Virus record (IMG/VR): IMGVR_UViG_3300025124_000003
Reading direction: 5' to 3' (one strand)
Source of the DNA: an uncultured virus (IMG/VR IMGVR_UViG_3300025124_000003)
Lineage: Duplodnaviria; Heunggongvirae; Uroviricota; Caudoviricetes
Length of the DNA stretch: 64,000 bases
This document shows, in pieces, positions 38,013 to 48,250 of the stretch. The translations under genes were made by a program, and so were the position numbers. The notes below the pieces were generated by a model. The model was not told where the DNA came from, made no database searches, and saw only the letters and a list, made by a program, of their open reading frames with translations. Position 1 is the first letter of the stretch; each line of letters begins with the position of its first letter.

Positions 38013-38660
38013 GTGAAATTTGAACAGTACATAACAGACCTTATCACGGAGCAAGGTACCAGAATACGTGGAGAGGATCCAGATCTTGATAATGTTTTAA
38101 CAATATTACAAAAGGATTGTTCTCTGTTTATAAGAGAGACTGGGGGGTTTCTTTATAGAGGGACTAACCGACAATTGGAAAGGGGCGTTTTTATCTCTAA
38201 ACAAAAACCAAGGCTGAATCGAAGACCTGTTGATACAAGAAAACGTGTCCACGATATGGCAGACAAATCATTCATGAAAAAATTTGGTTGGAAAGTCAGA
38301 AGTGAGGGAGTGTTTACCGCAACAAGACCCGGTATGTCTAGGGGGTACGGAAAAAACTTATATTTAATGTTTCCTGTGAATGGGTATAAGTTTGTGTATT
38401 CAGAAGATCATTATGATTTTTTTATAGCACAAAGCCAAATAGAATCTGAACTTAGATTACGTTATAAAGATCCTTTGTATTTTTTGGAACAGAAGGATGT
38501 TGATTTTTTGGTTGATGGTTATTTCGGCGGTAATCTAAAAAAAGCTTGGCGTGATAAACAAGCACGAGAGGTTATATTTAATTGCCCTAATGGTTACTAT
38601 TATGTTGACATGGTTATCATAGATGAATTATCAAAATATCTGGGCATTGAGAGGTATTAA
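38013..38660 (+). CDS. ART-like paralog A3 with head-targeting leader
   Basis: MKFEQYITDLITE; LYRG, RRPVDT, FGWKVRSEGVFTAT, YG, REVIFNC..YYY. Confidence 0.6.
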   Translation: MKFEQYITDLITEQGTRIRGEDPDLDNVLTILQKDCSLFIRETGGFLYRGTNRQLERGVFISKQKPRLNRRPVDTRKRVHDMADKSFMKKFGWKVRSEGVFTATRPGMSRGYGKNLYLMFPVNGYKFVYSEDHYDFFIAQSQIESELRLRYKDPLYFLEQKDVDFLVDGYFGGNLKKAWRDKQAREVIFNCPNGYYYVDMVIIDELSKYLGIERY

Positions 38661-39319
38661 TGAGATTAGTTCGATATATAACCGAAGAATCCTCGGCTGA
38701 AAGGGTTGAATTTAATTCTGTCGAAGAGATTGCTGATGAACTTAAAAGAAAATGCGCACCATATCTTCGTGAATTTGGTACTGATTGGTATTTCTATCGT
38801 GGCGTTAGGTCTCTGGGTAAGAATGATAAAGATAAATTTGCCATATTCAAGAAAAAACCTCGTATGAATAGAAAACCTATGAACATGAGACAGGACATAC
38901 AGGATTATTTGAATAAAATATTTAAAAAGAAATTTGGTTGGATGCCTCGTAATACTGGTGTATTTGCAACACATAATTATAGCGAGACTTATACTTATGG
39001 TTACGGATTGATATTCATGCCAATAGGTCAATACAAATACATATATAACCCTGACGTTGATGATTTATTTATAAACACACCACATCGTGTCATAAACTTT
39101 GATAAAAATGGTGAACTTATTAATGATATTGCTGGTACTAATGGGGATGATGACTATGATCGTAAGAAACTTGAAAAATGGAAGAAAAGGGTTGAAGGTT
39201 TCAGAGATAGTGGTATGAAAACGTGGTTAAGTCAGAGGACTTTTGAATCTATGTGGAGATGCAAAGAATACTACCTGATAGACCCGTTTTTTGAGGATGA
39301 ATTGACCAAGTTATTGTGA
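38660..39319 (+). CDS. ART-like paralog A4 with head-targeting leader
   Basis: MRLVRYITE; FYRG, RKPMN, FGWMPRNTGVFAT, YG, FESMWRC.EYYL. Confidence 0.6.
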   Translation: MRLVRYITEESSAERVEFNSVEEIADELKRKCAPYLREFGTDWYFYRGVRSLGKNDKDKFAIFKKKPRMNRKPMNMRQDIQDYLNKIFKKKFGWMPRNTGVFATHNYSETYTYGYGLIFMPIGQYKYIYNPDVDDLFINTPHRVINFDKNGELINDIAGTNGDDDYDRKKLEKWKKRVEGFRDSGMKTWLSQRTFESMWRCKEYYLIDPFFEDELTKLL

Positions 39320-39398
39320 ATAGAGTTTTAATATCGGTCAAAGTATATATGTAGTAATATAAGATAAATACTAATATAAATTATAACTAGGAGTTAGT

Positions 39399-40826
39399 AT
39401 GAATATATTTGAACATTTAGAGCAAGCAGAAGCGGTACATAGTAAGGTAAACGAGTCAGGTCTTCGTAATATCAAAGATTTGGCCAAGAAATATAAGACT
39501 GCAACTGGTTATTTTCATATGGACTTAGATGGTGTAACCTCAGCCCTTGGTATGAAATCCTATCTTGAGCGATATGGTATTAAAACAACAAAAGTCATAC
39601 CCATTAATTATGGAGGGAACGAGTTTAAAGCCGCAAAGCCACAAAAGGGAACGTTAACATGGATGGTTGATTTTGCCCATGGCAAACCTTTTCTTGATAT
39701 TCATACAGATCACCATGATGGTCAGACGGGTGTTAATACAACCACTTCAACTGATTTTGCTCATGATCCTGCTAACGTAGCAGCAATTTCAGCAAAAATA
39801 TCTCCTAGTGAAATATTTCCAACTAAAGACCTTGAAGTCATCAAAATGGTTGATAGTGCTGATTATGCGAAACACGGTATTAATCCAGATCAAGTTATGA
39901 ATGGAGCGTTTGGATATGATGATACAATAGATGTTGAAAAAAATCACTTTGCTATGGGTATGGTTGTTAATAAATTGCTTCTGGCCAATAAAGGAAAAAA
40001 GAACTTTCTACAAGACGTTGTTATGAAATCAAAACCTTCTCTTATTAGTATGTACAATGTTATCGTTGATTTAGCAAAAAAAGATGGATTCAGACCATCA
40101 AATGTCATTAAAAAGGGTACCGAAAATTATGTATCACAGCAGAAGGGTGGCATGGTTAAATCAGAGACAAACCCCTCTAAGCTGAAAATGGGGCAATCAA
40201 CTTTATGGGGAAACACAATTGTTCAATACGGTGGTGGCTTTATGGGTGGTAGTAATGTATATGATAGATATACACCATTCAAACTTTATCCTGATGCTGA
40301 TTATCTTTGTATTGGGTGGGCTATGGGTCTCGTTCAGGTTTCCAAAAATCCATTTAAATCAGGGAAAAACCCTTATCATTTAGGTGATTTGGTTATGAAT
40401 AATATTATGTCCAAATTTAAATCAAAGATGCAGAAAAAAAAGGTTAGCCTTGGTGATATCAAGCGTATCATGGAGAGTGATATTAAGGGTGATTTGGATG
40501 CAATGGGTTTCAAATGGGAAGACTTTGTTGCCATGTTTGATCAAAAACAAGTCAACGGTGTCGAACTTGACAGTGAGGGTGGTTGGACTTCATTCATCAA
40601 AAGCATATCAAAGTCAAAGTTTGATTCGTTGTCATTCAAGCAGAAGAGCATGTTAGATAAAATTACCGTAAATCTATGGGATATTATTACAACACAATCA
40701 GGCGGTCATAAAGATATCACCAATGTACAGGGGTTGAATTTTTGGGGTAAGGGATATCCAGATGAATTACTCAAACCTATTATGTATGAAGTGGCTAAAG
40801 AGATGAAGGATAAAAAGCTACAGTAA
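39399..40826 (+). CDS. DHH-family phosphoesterase
   Basis: HMDLDG, VDFAH, TDHH, VDSAD, SGGH; GATAAATA late-like promoter at 39363. Confidence 0.8.
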   Translation: MNIFEHLEQAEAVHSKVNESGLRNIKDLAKKYKTATGYFHMDLDGVTSALGMKSYLERYGIKTTKVIPINYGGNEFKAAKPQKGTLTWMVDFAHGKPFLDIHTDHHDGQTGVNTTTSTDFAHDPANVAAISAKISPSEIFPTKDLEVIKMVDSADYAKHGINPDQVMNGAFGYDDTIDVEKNHFAMGMVVNKLLLANKGKKNFLQDVVMKSKPSLISMYNVIVDLAKKDGFRPSNVIKKGTENYVSQQKGGMVKSETNPSKLKMGQSTLWGNTIVQYGGGFMGGSNVYDRYTPFKLYPDADYLCIGWAMGLVQVSKNPFKSGKNPYHLGDLVMNNIMSKFKSKMQKKKVSLGDIKRIMESDIKGDLDAMGFKWEDFVAMFDQKQVNGVELDSEGGWTSFIKSISKSKFDSLSFKQKSMLDKITVNLWDIITTQSGGHKDITNVQGLNFWGKGYPDELLKPIMYEVAKEMKDKKLQ

Positions 40827-40876
40827 GACCTGATAAATGTAACAGAAAAATATAATTAATAGGTAGGGTCTAATGA

Positions 40877-41107
40877 ATGAGTAATATAAGAGAATATCTT
40901 AAAGAAATATTAAATGGTCGTAACACTCCTAAAGATATCGCAAACGATGTTGATAAGATGTTTGAGGATATCCAGTTTCAATTAGAAACTATATCGGAAA
41001 TGGAAATAATTAATTTTAATATCAGAAAGAAAGTTCATAGAATTATCAGCGATTTACGTAAATTGGGCGCTGAGGTAGACAAAGATATTAGAAATAGTAA
41101 CTCATAA
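40877..41107 (+). CDS. Small helical protein with a YLKE leader
   Basis: MSNIREYLKE. Confidence 0.5.
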   Translation: MSNIREYLKEILNGRNTPKDIANDVDKMFEDIQFQLETISEMEIINFNIRKKVHRIISDLRKLGAEVDKDIRNSNS

Positions 41108-42633
41108 TGGGGTATCAAATGTCACTTAAAGAAGAATTTGAAAAGTTAAAGTTAAATTCTGTTATCCATGAAGCAGATGGTATTGACTCTGATCCCGAAG
41201 AGGAAATGGTTGATATTGATGAGGTTGAAGGGTTTAATATCCTTATACTAACATCATCTACCGATTCCAAGAATAGAAAGATGTCAAAAAAGAACCCAAC
41301 TATCATCAAAATAGAGAAATGGTGTAGCAAAAATGATGTTCCTTTTTACACAGCATTCGCTGACACTGCTTATCTTGAGAAAGGCGACGAAGGAACTATC
41401 AAGATCTATAACGTTGGTGATAAAGAAGGTCATGAGATTGATCGTGATAAAACTTTTGTCATTGCCAGACGCGGTGTTATGTTTCATCGATATTCACAAA
41501 ACCTTATGTCACGTCTTGAGAGATATCGTTTTTGTTTCTTGAACGAAAAGTCTTCTATTCAAACATGTGAAGACAAGTATTTAACAACATTAAAGCTAGT
41601 TGAAGCTGGTCTTCCTGTTCCTGATACTGCGCTAGTTCCTACAGAGGAAATGCTTGAGTTGGCACACAAAAAAGTTGGCGGTGGATTTCCTGTTGTTGTT
41701 AAGACATTAAGTGGTACTCAGGGGAAAGGTGTATTCATTGTCAATGAGTACAAAGCATTAAAGTCCACACTTCAAGCTATATGGGCTGTTGGTGATGAAG
41801 TTGAGATGATGTTGCAGAGATACGTTAAGTCTGACCATGATGTTCGACTTCATGTTTTGGGTGACAAGGTTATTGCGGCAATGAAGCGAAAGGTCGTTGA
41901 TAACGATTTCCGTTCAAACGTTCATCTAGGCGGAAAGACTGGTAAATATAGACCAACCAAGGAAATACGAGAATTGGCAGTTAAAGCTGCAAAATCAGTT
42001 CAGTGTAAATGGTGCGGCGTGGATATCATGTTTGATGTTGAAGGAAACCCATATATTCTTGAGGTTAACTCTTCCCCCGGTACAGATGGTATAGAGGAAC
42101 TGACCAAATTAGATATTGTTGATATGGTGATGCAATATGCAAAGAATACCATAAATTGGAATAGACCACCACAGCAGATTGGTGTGATTGAATCCATAGA
42201 GATCGAGGGTATCGGTCAATTACATGCTCGGTTTGACACCGGAAATGCCGCTGGTAGCTCCTCACTTGACGCACAAGACGTTAATGTCGAAGGGTCTAAG
42301 GTAACATGGTCTACTATGGGTAAAAAGATGTCAGGGACGAAATTAAACGAAATTAGAATGAAAAATAATTCTGATTCGGAAGAAAAATTGGATGAGAAGA
42401 GGGTAGTTGTAGAATTAAATGTCACATTTGAAGGTGTTAATTATTCAAAAGTACCGTTTAATTTAAATGATCGTAGTCATAAAACAACACCTGTTCTAAT
42501 CAATAAAGATTTTATGATAAGATCTGGATCAGTGGTTAATCCTGCTAGAGTTTATATGGTTACCAATAGACCTGATTATATCAAGAATAAAAAAAAGAAG
42601 AAGGTAGAGAAAGAGGACAGAGAAGAAAACTAA
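41107..42633 (+). CDS. RimK-family ATP-grasp ligase fused to a retropepsin-like protease domain
   Basis: DKY.T...LPVPDT, PVVVK..GTQGKGV, DVR..V, DFRSNVHLGG, GVD, LEVNSSPG; C-terminal ARFDTGN...DRSH...VLI. Confidence 0.88.
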   Translation: MGYQMSLKEEFEKLKLNSVIHEADGIDSDPEEEMVDIDEVEGFNILILTSSTDSKNRKMSKKNPTIIKIEKWCSKNDVPFYTAFADTAYLEKGDEGTIKIYNVGDKEGHEIDRDKTFVIARRGVMFHRYSQNLMSRLERYRFCFLNEKSSIQTCEDKYLTTLKLVEAGLPVPDTALVPTEEMLELAHKKVGGGFPVVVKTLSGTQGKGVFIVNEYKALKSTLQAIWAVGDEVEMMLQRYVKSDHDVRLHVLGDKVIAAMKRKVVDNDFRSNVHLGGKTGKYRPTKEIRELAVKAAKSVQCKWCGVDIMFDVEGNPYILEVNSSPGTDGIEELTKLDIVDMVMQYAKNTINWNRPPQQIGVIESIEIEGIGQLHARFDTGNAAGSSSLDAQDVNVEGSKVTWSTMGKKMSGTKLNEIRMKNNSDSEEKLDEKRVVVELNVTFEGVNYSKVPFNLNDRSHKTTPVLINKDFMIRSGSVVNPARVYMVTNRPDYIKNKKKKKVEKEDREEN

Positions 42634-42675
42634 TATTACTACCAACCATTTCGAAGAAAATTATAGGAGAGATGA

Positions 42676-44301
42676 ATGACACAATTGAATAAATTTTTTC
42701 CAAAAAGATCTGTTGATAGTCTCACATGGTCTATTATAGATCCGACTGGAGCCGGAGACTTCCTTACAATAGAAGACTCTTGGAATGCTGGTCAGAGGAA
42801 TATGTTATTATCCGAAGGAGATCATCAAATCTATAATGATATAGATGTTGATTTATCGGTTTCAGTGACACCAATACGTTTTTATGGTAAGGGTGAGGAT
42901 AACACTAGAATTCATGTTACAGAAGGAACAAATTTTTATAGATTTGATGTCCATTACCCTGATAACTATAATTCATCTTATGACTATACACAAGATCCCC
43001 CGGTTTTGTCACCAGAATCACAAACATATTCAATTACGTTTGAATATGGTACAAATATTGTCGTGGCTAATAACTTTGTATGGTCTTCATTAGAAACAAC
43101 ATACACTAAAGCTCCGGTCATAGGGGACTTTTTTGAGCCAAATAACACGAATACTCTGTTCACCATTACAGATATTATTAGTGATACAACACTGGTATTG
43201 AAAGAATATAATTCATATGAATCATATGAAGGGATAATACCTTTCGCTATTAATAGAGAAATTTTGATAGAAATGAAAAATCTTTCTATTGGTGTATGGG
43301 ATAATCCACCCACACTTATATCATCAAATGGTCTGGATGATATCTTTGACAATAGCAGCAGACCTTGGCATGATAAAGCTGGTATCAAATGGATTATTGA
43401 AAATGTTAACGGATTACTTAAATATAACGATGGCAATAATGGTTTAACTATAGCAAACGGAGCATTGTCCACAGGATGTTATGTCAGGAACGTTCGAACG
43501 TCTAGTGGTTGAGGTCTTGACCTTGGCGGCAGGTCTGTCGTCTTAGATAGTTATTTCGGTGGTGATGTATCTCCATCATCAGGATCAACATTTATTAATT
43601 GTATCTCAAAAAATGGATTCTTTTTTGATAGATGGTCAACTTTTATAAATTGTAAGATACTTGACGCAGTATGGTTTGAAGCATCTAAAGGATGTAGAAT
43701 TATAGGATGTAGTGATAGAAATGGTCCTTATGATGATACTATCCCGAATCAAGGGGTCGAACCCGATTCTTTTGTTGTAAGTGGCAGTACTAACGTAGGT
43801 GTATGGTATTCATGGATTAATTCTTACGGAGATATCAAATTTTACGAATCAACAATGGATACTATCACTTCTATAACAAAATATAATATATCTACGGGTC
43901 TTCCTGTATTCGCACCTCAAAACCCCGGTGTGTTGGATTTCAGTGTAGCTAAAAGGTATAATGGGATATTTACTCAGAGTGGTTTGGATACGCTGGTAAC
44001 GCTTTCCGATCAGACGCCATTATATACGTCTGGTATGGGATTATATGTAATACTGTTTGATAATTCATGGTATTTGAATGATTTTGTTATAGAATATAAT
44101 GAGGCTAATTCATTTTTAATTTTAGGATCATGGTCAACGATATCTCCTTTGTTAGATTTATCTGGTAAACTTAAAGACTCGTATGATATATATTTTCCTT
44201 ACGTCAAGGTTAGTGCTGGTGCAGATACCTCATCATATGCATGGTATGTCCAGACTCAGAAGAAAAAGTCACCTGATTATAGGTTAAATTATTGGGATTA
44301 A
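42676..44301 (+). CDS. Tailspike/fibre-like paralog 4 with one in-frame TGA (43510-43512): candidate selenoprotein or nonsense allele
   Basis: Track ORFs 42676-43512 and 43855-44301 share a frame and the intervening sequence is open (GLDLGG..TFINC..RIIGC..). Total 541 codons versus 553-561 aa for paralogs 1-3. Confidence 0.8.
43510..43548 (+). promoter_or_regulatory. Bacterial SECIS-like hairpin
   Basis: TGA + 12 nt + GGCGGCAG-GT-CTGTCGTC (43525-43542). The apex GCAGGUCUG matches the E. coli fdhF SECIS apex as recalled. Confidence 0.65.
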
Positions 44302-44304
44302 CTA

Positions 44305-44336
44305 AAAAGGGAGTCTCTATTAAAGACTCCCTTTTT
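44305..44336. terminator. Bidirectional terminator between convergent genes
   Basis: aaaagggagtct-ctattaa-agactccctttt. Confidence 0.85.
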
Positions 44337-44339
44337 CTT

Positions 44340-45242
44340 TTATTCTCTGTCTTTCCATTGTAATAGATGTTGAAAAGGCAAATCTCGGATAAAACTCATT
44401 CCACAAGCCCCGGTATGTCCACCCCCACCATACTTATGTGCCAAGGTACCAACATCAATCCCCGGTTTATCGGTGTACATACTAACTGACCAGTTCTTGT
44501 TAGTATATCCATATGCCATAACCGCGTCATAGTCATCATGATTGAATTTTGAATCAAACATTTGACTATTACAGTTCAATGCGTTGACAACGAGAAAACG
44601 CAGACCTTCCCACTCCATATCGAATGAGTGTGATTTACAATACTTAGCATACATTTTTTGTTGATATTCGTAGCATATTCTACCTTCTTCTATAATTTTA
44701 TCACAATATTCCTCGGATTCGAACAATTTAAACCAAAATTGATTACTATCACCATCAGGATCATGAAATTTGATGCCAGTCACAAAAGGAAATAGATCTT
44801 GTTTAACAATACCTTCTTTGATGTTGGTATACTCTATATCCCATACATCATATCTTCCGATCATCCGAACAGCTTTTGGCATGTGTTGATCAGAAAACCA
44901 TTCCCATGTTAATTCACATCCAGAGTTACCAATTCTTCGTAATCCTTTGATTTTTTGTCCTGACTTATCAACATCTTCGATAACAGTTTTGTGGTGGTCA
45001 ATCCAAATAAAATTATCATATCCAACCATATCACGGATTTTTGCCATTTCCTGTGGAGGAAGCGAAAAATCTACCATGTAGATCTTTCTTGAACGTTTGA
45101 TTTTGTTCCATGGAATCTTATATCCATAATTCATTCCATACCACTCTTTGGTGCCCGTTTCAAAATAACTCACTATACCAGCGGCGCAATACCCGTCTGG
45201 GTCAACATGCCCCAGCACCAATACATCTACTTTGTTTTTCAT
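44340..45242 (-). CDS. DHH/DHHA1 phosphoesterase
   Basis: HVDPDG, MVDFS, WIDHH, GGGGH.GACG. Confidence 0.9.
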   Translation of the reverse strand: MKNKVDVLVLGHVDPDGYCAAGIVSYFETGTKEWYGMNYGYKIPWNKIKRSRKIYMVDFSLPPQEMAKIRDMVGYDNFIWIDHHKTVIEDVDKSGQKIKGLRRIGNSGCELTWEWFSDQHMPKAVRMIGRYDVWDIEYTNIKEGIVKQDLFPFVTGIKFHDPDGDSNQFWFKLFESEEYCDKIIEEGRICYEYQQKMYAKYCKSHSFDMEWEGLRFLVVNALNCNSQMFDSKFNHDDYDAVMAYGYTNKNWSVSMYTDKPGIDVGTLAHKYGGGGHTGACGMSFIRDLPFQHLLQWKDRE

Positions 45243-45256
45243 TCCATAGACCTTTC

Positions 45257-45826
45257 TTACTCGTAATATAGATCTAACTCTTTCCCTAATACCATAACTT
45301 CCATGTTCTTTAAAACCCCCTCAGAAGGTATATCTTTAACTTTATCGACTAAAATGTCAACTCTTTTTTTGTATCTTTCATTCATCAAGTCTTCCACATA
45401 GAAGACTCCTTTTTTGTAAATATATATGTAATGACCTAACATCCACTTTAAATCGTGACTGACCGCTACAGTGAAATCAGGTCTGGCGAAGGTTATAATT
45501 GCTGTTTGATTTGGGGTTGAATCCGTCTCAGCGACAGATCTTGTATAGAACGATACATCTACTGTTTGTGTTCTTTCGGCATTATATTTAATGATAACAC
45601 GCCTTCTTTCTTCTGCGAGGGCTTTGTAGTAACGATGATGTTCTCTTTCTACTTGCAAACTTTTTTTTATTTTATTGACGTAATCTGTTGTGTGCCTTTC
45701 TTGGTGCAGAAATGCTGACATGAATATACAAATCGTGAATAAAACGAAAATTATTCCACCAGAAACGTTGTTTTTTGAGAATGTAGGCTTAGTTTCGTGT
45801 AATAGTTTAAAATCTTCATATTTCAT
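45257..45826 (-). CDS. Membrane-anchored 3D-domain (lytic transglycosylase-like) protein
   Basis: TM helix; SFYT..ETDSTP..TA, VAVSHDL, VEDLM...RVDI. Confidence 0.7.
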   Translation of the reverse strand: MKYEDFKLLHETKPTFSKNNVSGGIIFVLFTICIFMSAFLHQERHTTDYVNKIKKSLQVEREHHRYYKALAEERRRVIIKYNAERTQTVDVSFYTRSVAETDSTPNQTAIITFARPDFTVAVSHDLKWMLGHYIYIYKKGVFYVEDLMNERYKKRVDILVDKVKDIPSEGVLKNMEVMVLGKELDLYYE

Positions 45827-45961
45827 TATAATCCTTTTTAATGCTTATAATCGTCTTCTAACTCTTCAGATTCATTCACCAAGTCTTTCGATGATTTGCC
45901 TTTGTAATAATCCTTGATTTTGTACTTTTCCTTTTTCTTTGGCTCTTTGCCGAATTTAAAG

Positions 45962-46522
45962 TTATCTCTGTGCTCCGTCTTGCCCATTGTTTTCCTCTAA
46001 TCTCCTTACTTTTTCGTTTAGTCTAAGAATCTCGTCATCCTGTTGATTTAATTGCCTCTCCATCCTATCAATACGTTCAATCAAATCTTGACCGTTGAAG
46101 TTCAACGAGTTCTGGACGTTAAGATTATTTATACAGGCATTACTAAAATTATCAAATATACCTGTATTTGTTGTGTGAGTTAGGTTTGCCATGCCAATGG
46201 TGGTTATAGTATCGGTCATTATATTGTTGACACTGGTAATATCAGTTATGATGGCATCACCTTCCACCCCCAACACACCAACATTACTCTCTCTTGATGT
46301 ACCGACAGTACCAACAACACTATCACCATACCATTGTGATTCGGGTGTTGGTGTAACATTAAGACCAAGGCGAGAAAGAGCATTGTCATCCATACCCTCA
46401 TCGTCATGTATGACCTTTTCAAACGGATCTTCACCAAAAAGGTCTATGTATCGACTAAGAATCCTGTTCTCATGATCAACCAATCTTCTGTATTGATTGT
46501 CATCATATACCACAACTGCCAT
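45962..46522 (-). CDS. Hypothetical protein with C-terminal coiled coil
   Basis: ORF in operon. Confidence 0.55.
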   Translation of the reverse strand: MAVVVYDDNQYRRLVDHENRILSRYIDLFGEDPFEKVIHDDEGMDDNALSRLGLNVTPTPESQWYGDSVVGTVGTSRESNVGVLGVEGDAIITDITSVNNIMTDTITTIGMANLTHTTNTGIFDNFSNACINNLNVQNSLNFNGQDLIERIDRMERQLNQQDDEILRLNEKVRRLEENNGQDGAQR

Positions 46523-46523
46523 A

Positions 46524-46838
46524 TTAAAACTCTCTATCGAGAAGTACTAAAATCTCCCATTGGAGTTCTTCGTCATCAACTTCAACCTCGAATCCACCCT
46601 GAATCCCAATTTCACGTATTACACCTTCGGCACCAGCGTAATGCGCCGAGTGTCCTGTTGTGTGAGCAAAATCTTCATAGAGGGTTATAGGATCTTCGTC
46701 ATAACTATCGGAACCCCCAAACATTTCATTCCCCTGCATATTCTCACCCTCAACTGTAGCTTGTTCGTTATAATACTCTACAAATACTGACTCCACAAGT
46801 TCCGTATTGTCTTCTAAATATAAAATAAATTCTTCCAT
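46524..46838 (-). CDS. Very acidic hypothetical protein
   Basis: E/D-rich, 104 aa. Confidence 0.55.
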   Translation of the reverse strand: MEEFILYLEDNTELVESVFVEYYNEQATVEGENMQGNEMFGGSDSYDEDPITLYEDFAHTTGHSAHYAGAEGVIREIGIQGGFEVEVDDEELQWEILVLLDREF

Positions 46839-47584
46839 TATCCAACTCTCCTGTCACGACGTTTTACTCTTGTGACAATGCCATTGGTCAGATCACGGCA
46901 GGTTAAATCGAGACCGAAAACACAAGCACTATCCAAGTTATATTTATCGTTATATTTTTCGTTGTATTTATTAATTTCTTCTCTTTCCATAGGGGTATGA
47001 CCGTGGACGATGATACGACCCGGCATAACAGGGCTAGAGAAGTACAAGAACTCATCACGAATCCAAATAATATCATATGCCAACTGGTCAGCTAATGGTA
47101 CCTTGGGACGTACACCAGCATGGACAAAGACATATTCATCAATCTCGTGGTAAATTTTCAGGTTATCGTAGAAATTCCTGTGACTCTGGGGAAGATCATC
47201 CCAACATAACGGATTATCAATTTCATCCAAAATCCTAAGATTCTCTAAGTAGCTATCGATTGTGGCATTACCACCATTATATCGAAATATACCGTCACTG
47301 TCCGGGGTCCCATTGCCCTTAAGGTAATGAATGAACATTTCTTCGTGGTTACCCATGAGGAATACAGTCTCAGGAAACATTTCTTTGAGTTTAATACAAA
47401 ACTCAATAGTTTCGAATACTTTATCCCCTCTATCAACTAGGTCACCAAGGAAAACCATAACATCATCATGCATCGGCATAACTTGGTCAATAAGACTTTC
47501 AAGTGTCTTAGCGCAACCATGCACATCACCAATGGCGAGGATACGACCGTTTGGTTTTTCGTTTTTGCTGTGATTTAAAACCAT
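46838..47584 (-). CDS. PPP-family Ser/Thr phosphatase (metallophosphoesterase)
   Basis: GDVHG, GDLVDRG, GNHE, FVHAG, HGHTP. Confidence 0.93.
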   Translation of the reverse strand: MVLNHSKNEKPNGRILAIGDVHGCAKTLESLIDQVMPMHDDVMVFLGDLVDRGDKVFETIEFCIKLKEMFPETVFLMGNHEEMFIHYLKGNGTPDSDGIFRYNGGNATIDSYLENLRILDEIDNPLCWDDLPQSHRNFYDNLKIYHEIDEYVFVHAGVRPKVPLADQLAYDIIWIRDEFLYFSSPVMPGRIIVHGHTPMEREEINKYNEKYNDKYNLDSACVFGLDLTCRDLTNGIVTRVKRRDRRVG

Positions 47585-47638
47585 GACTTATGCCACCCTT
47601 TTAAATGCGTTCCACTGTATTTACTCATAACATCATTC

Positions 47639-48250
47639 TCACTTTAATCTACTAACAATAGCATCAGCAAAACCGAGTTCGATTGCTTCATTTGCATCTA
47701 AATACTTGTTTCTATTAATGAGATCTTTAATCTCTTCTGGAGTTTTTCCTGATTTATCACCAATATGTTTGATGAATAGGTCTCTACAACGCTGTAATTC
47801 TTCAATTTCCACTTCAATATCAGGAACAGATCCTTCATATCCAGCCACAGGATTATGGAGCATCAAACGGGCATGTTTACTCATAAATCTTTTTCCCTTT
47901 GCCCCCGTTGAGAAAATAAATTGTCCAGCAGACATTGCCTTTCCCATACAAATGGTTTTGATGTCACATGTTAACATTTCCATACAATCAACAATAGAGA
48001 ATGCTGCGAATAAATCGCCACCATAACTATCCACAATTAATGTAATATCTTGTAGCGGATCTTCTCTTTGAAGTTTAATCATTTCGATATTTATTTCTGA
48101 CGCTACGTGTTCGTTTATGTCACCTGCCAGATACAATATACGCCCGTTATGGCGCGTACTTTGCATCATAGGATACATCATTTCGTGTCCACGTTCATTT
48201 TTTTCGCTCATTAAATATAGTTCTCCTGAATATTTTTTTATCTCCCCCAA
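47639..48250 (-). CDS. clpP: ClpP-family protease subunit
   Basis: RILYL.G.I, DSYGG, AMSAG, LMLHNP, YLDA.EA..LG..D. Confidence 0.88.
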   Translation of the reverse strand: MGEIKKYSGELYLMSEKNERGHEMMYPMMQSTRHNGRILYLAGDINEHVASEINIEMIKLQREDPLQDITLIVDSYGGDLFAAFSIVDCMEMLTCDIKTICMGKAMSAGQFIFSTGAKGKRFMSKHARLMLHNPVAGYEGSVPDIEVEIEELQRCRDLFIKHIGDKSGKTPEEIKDLINRNKYLDANEAIELGFADAIVSRLK

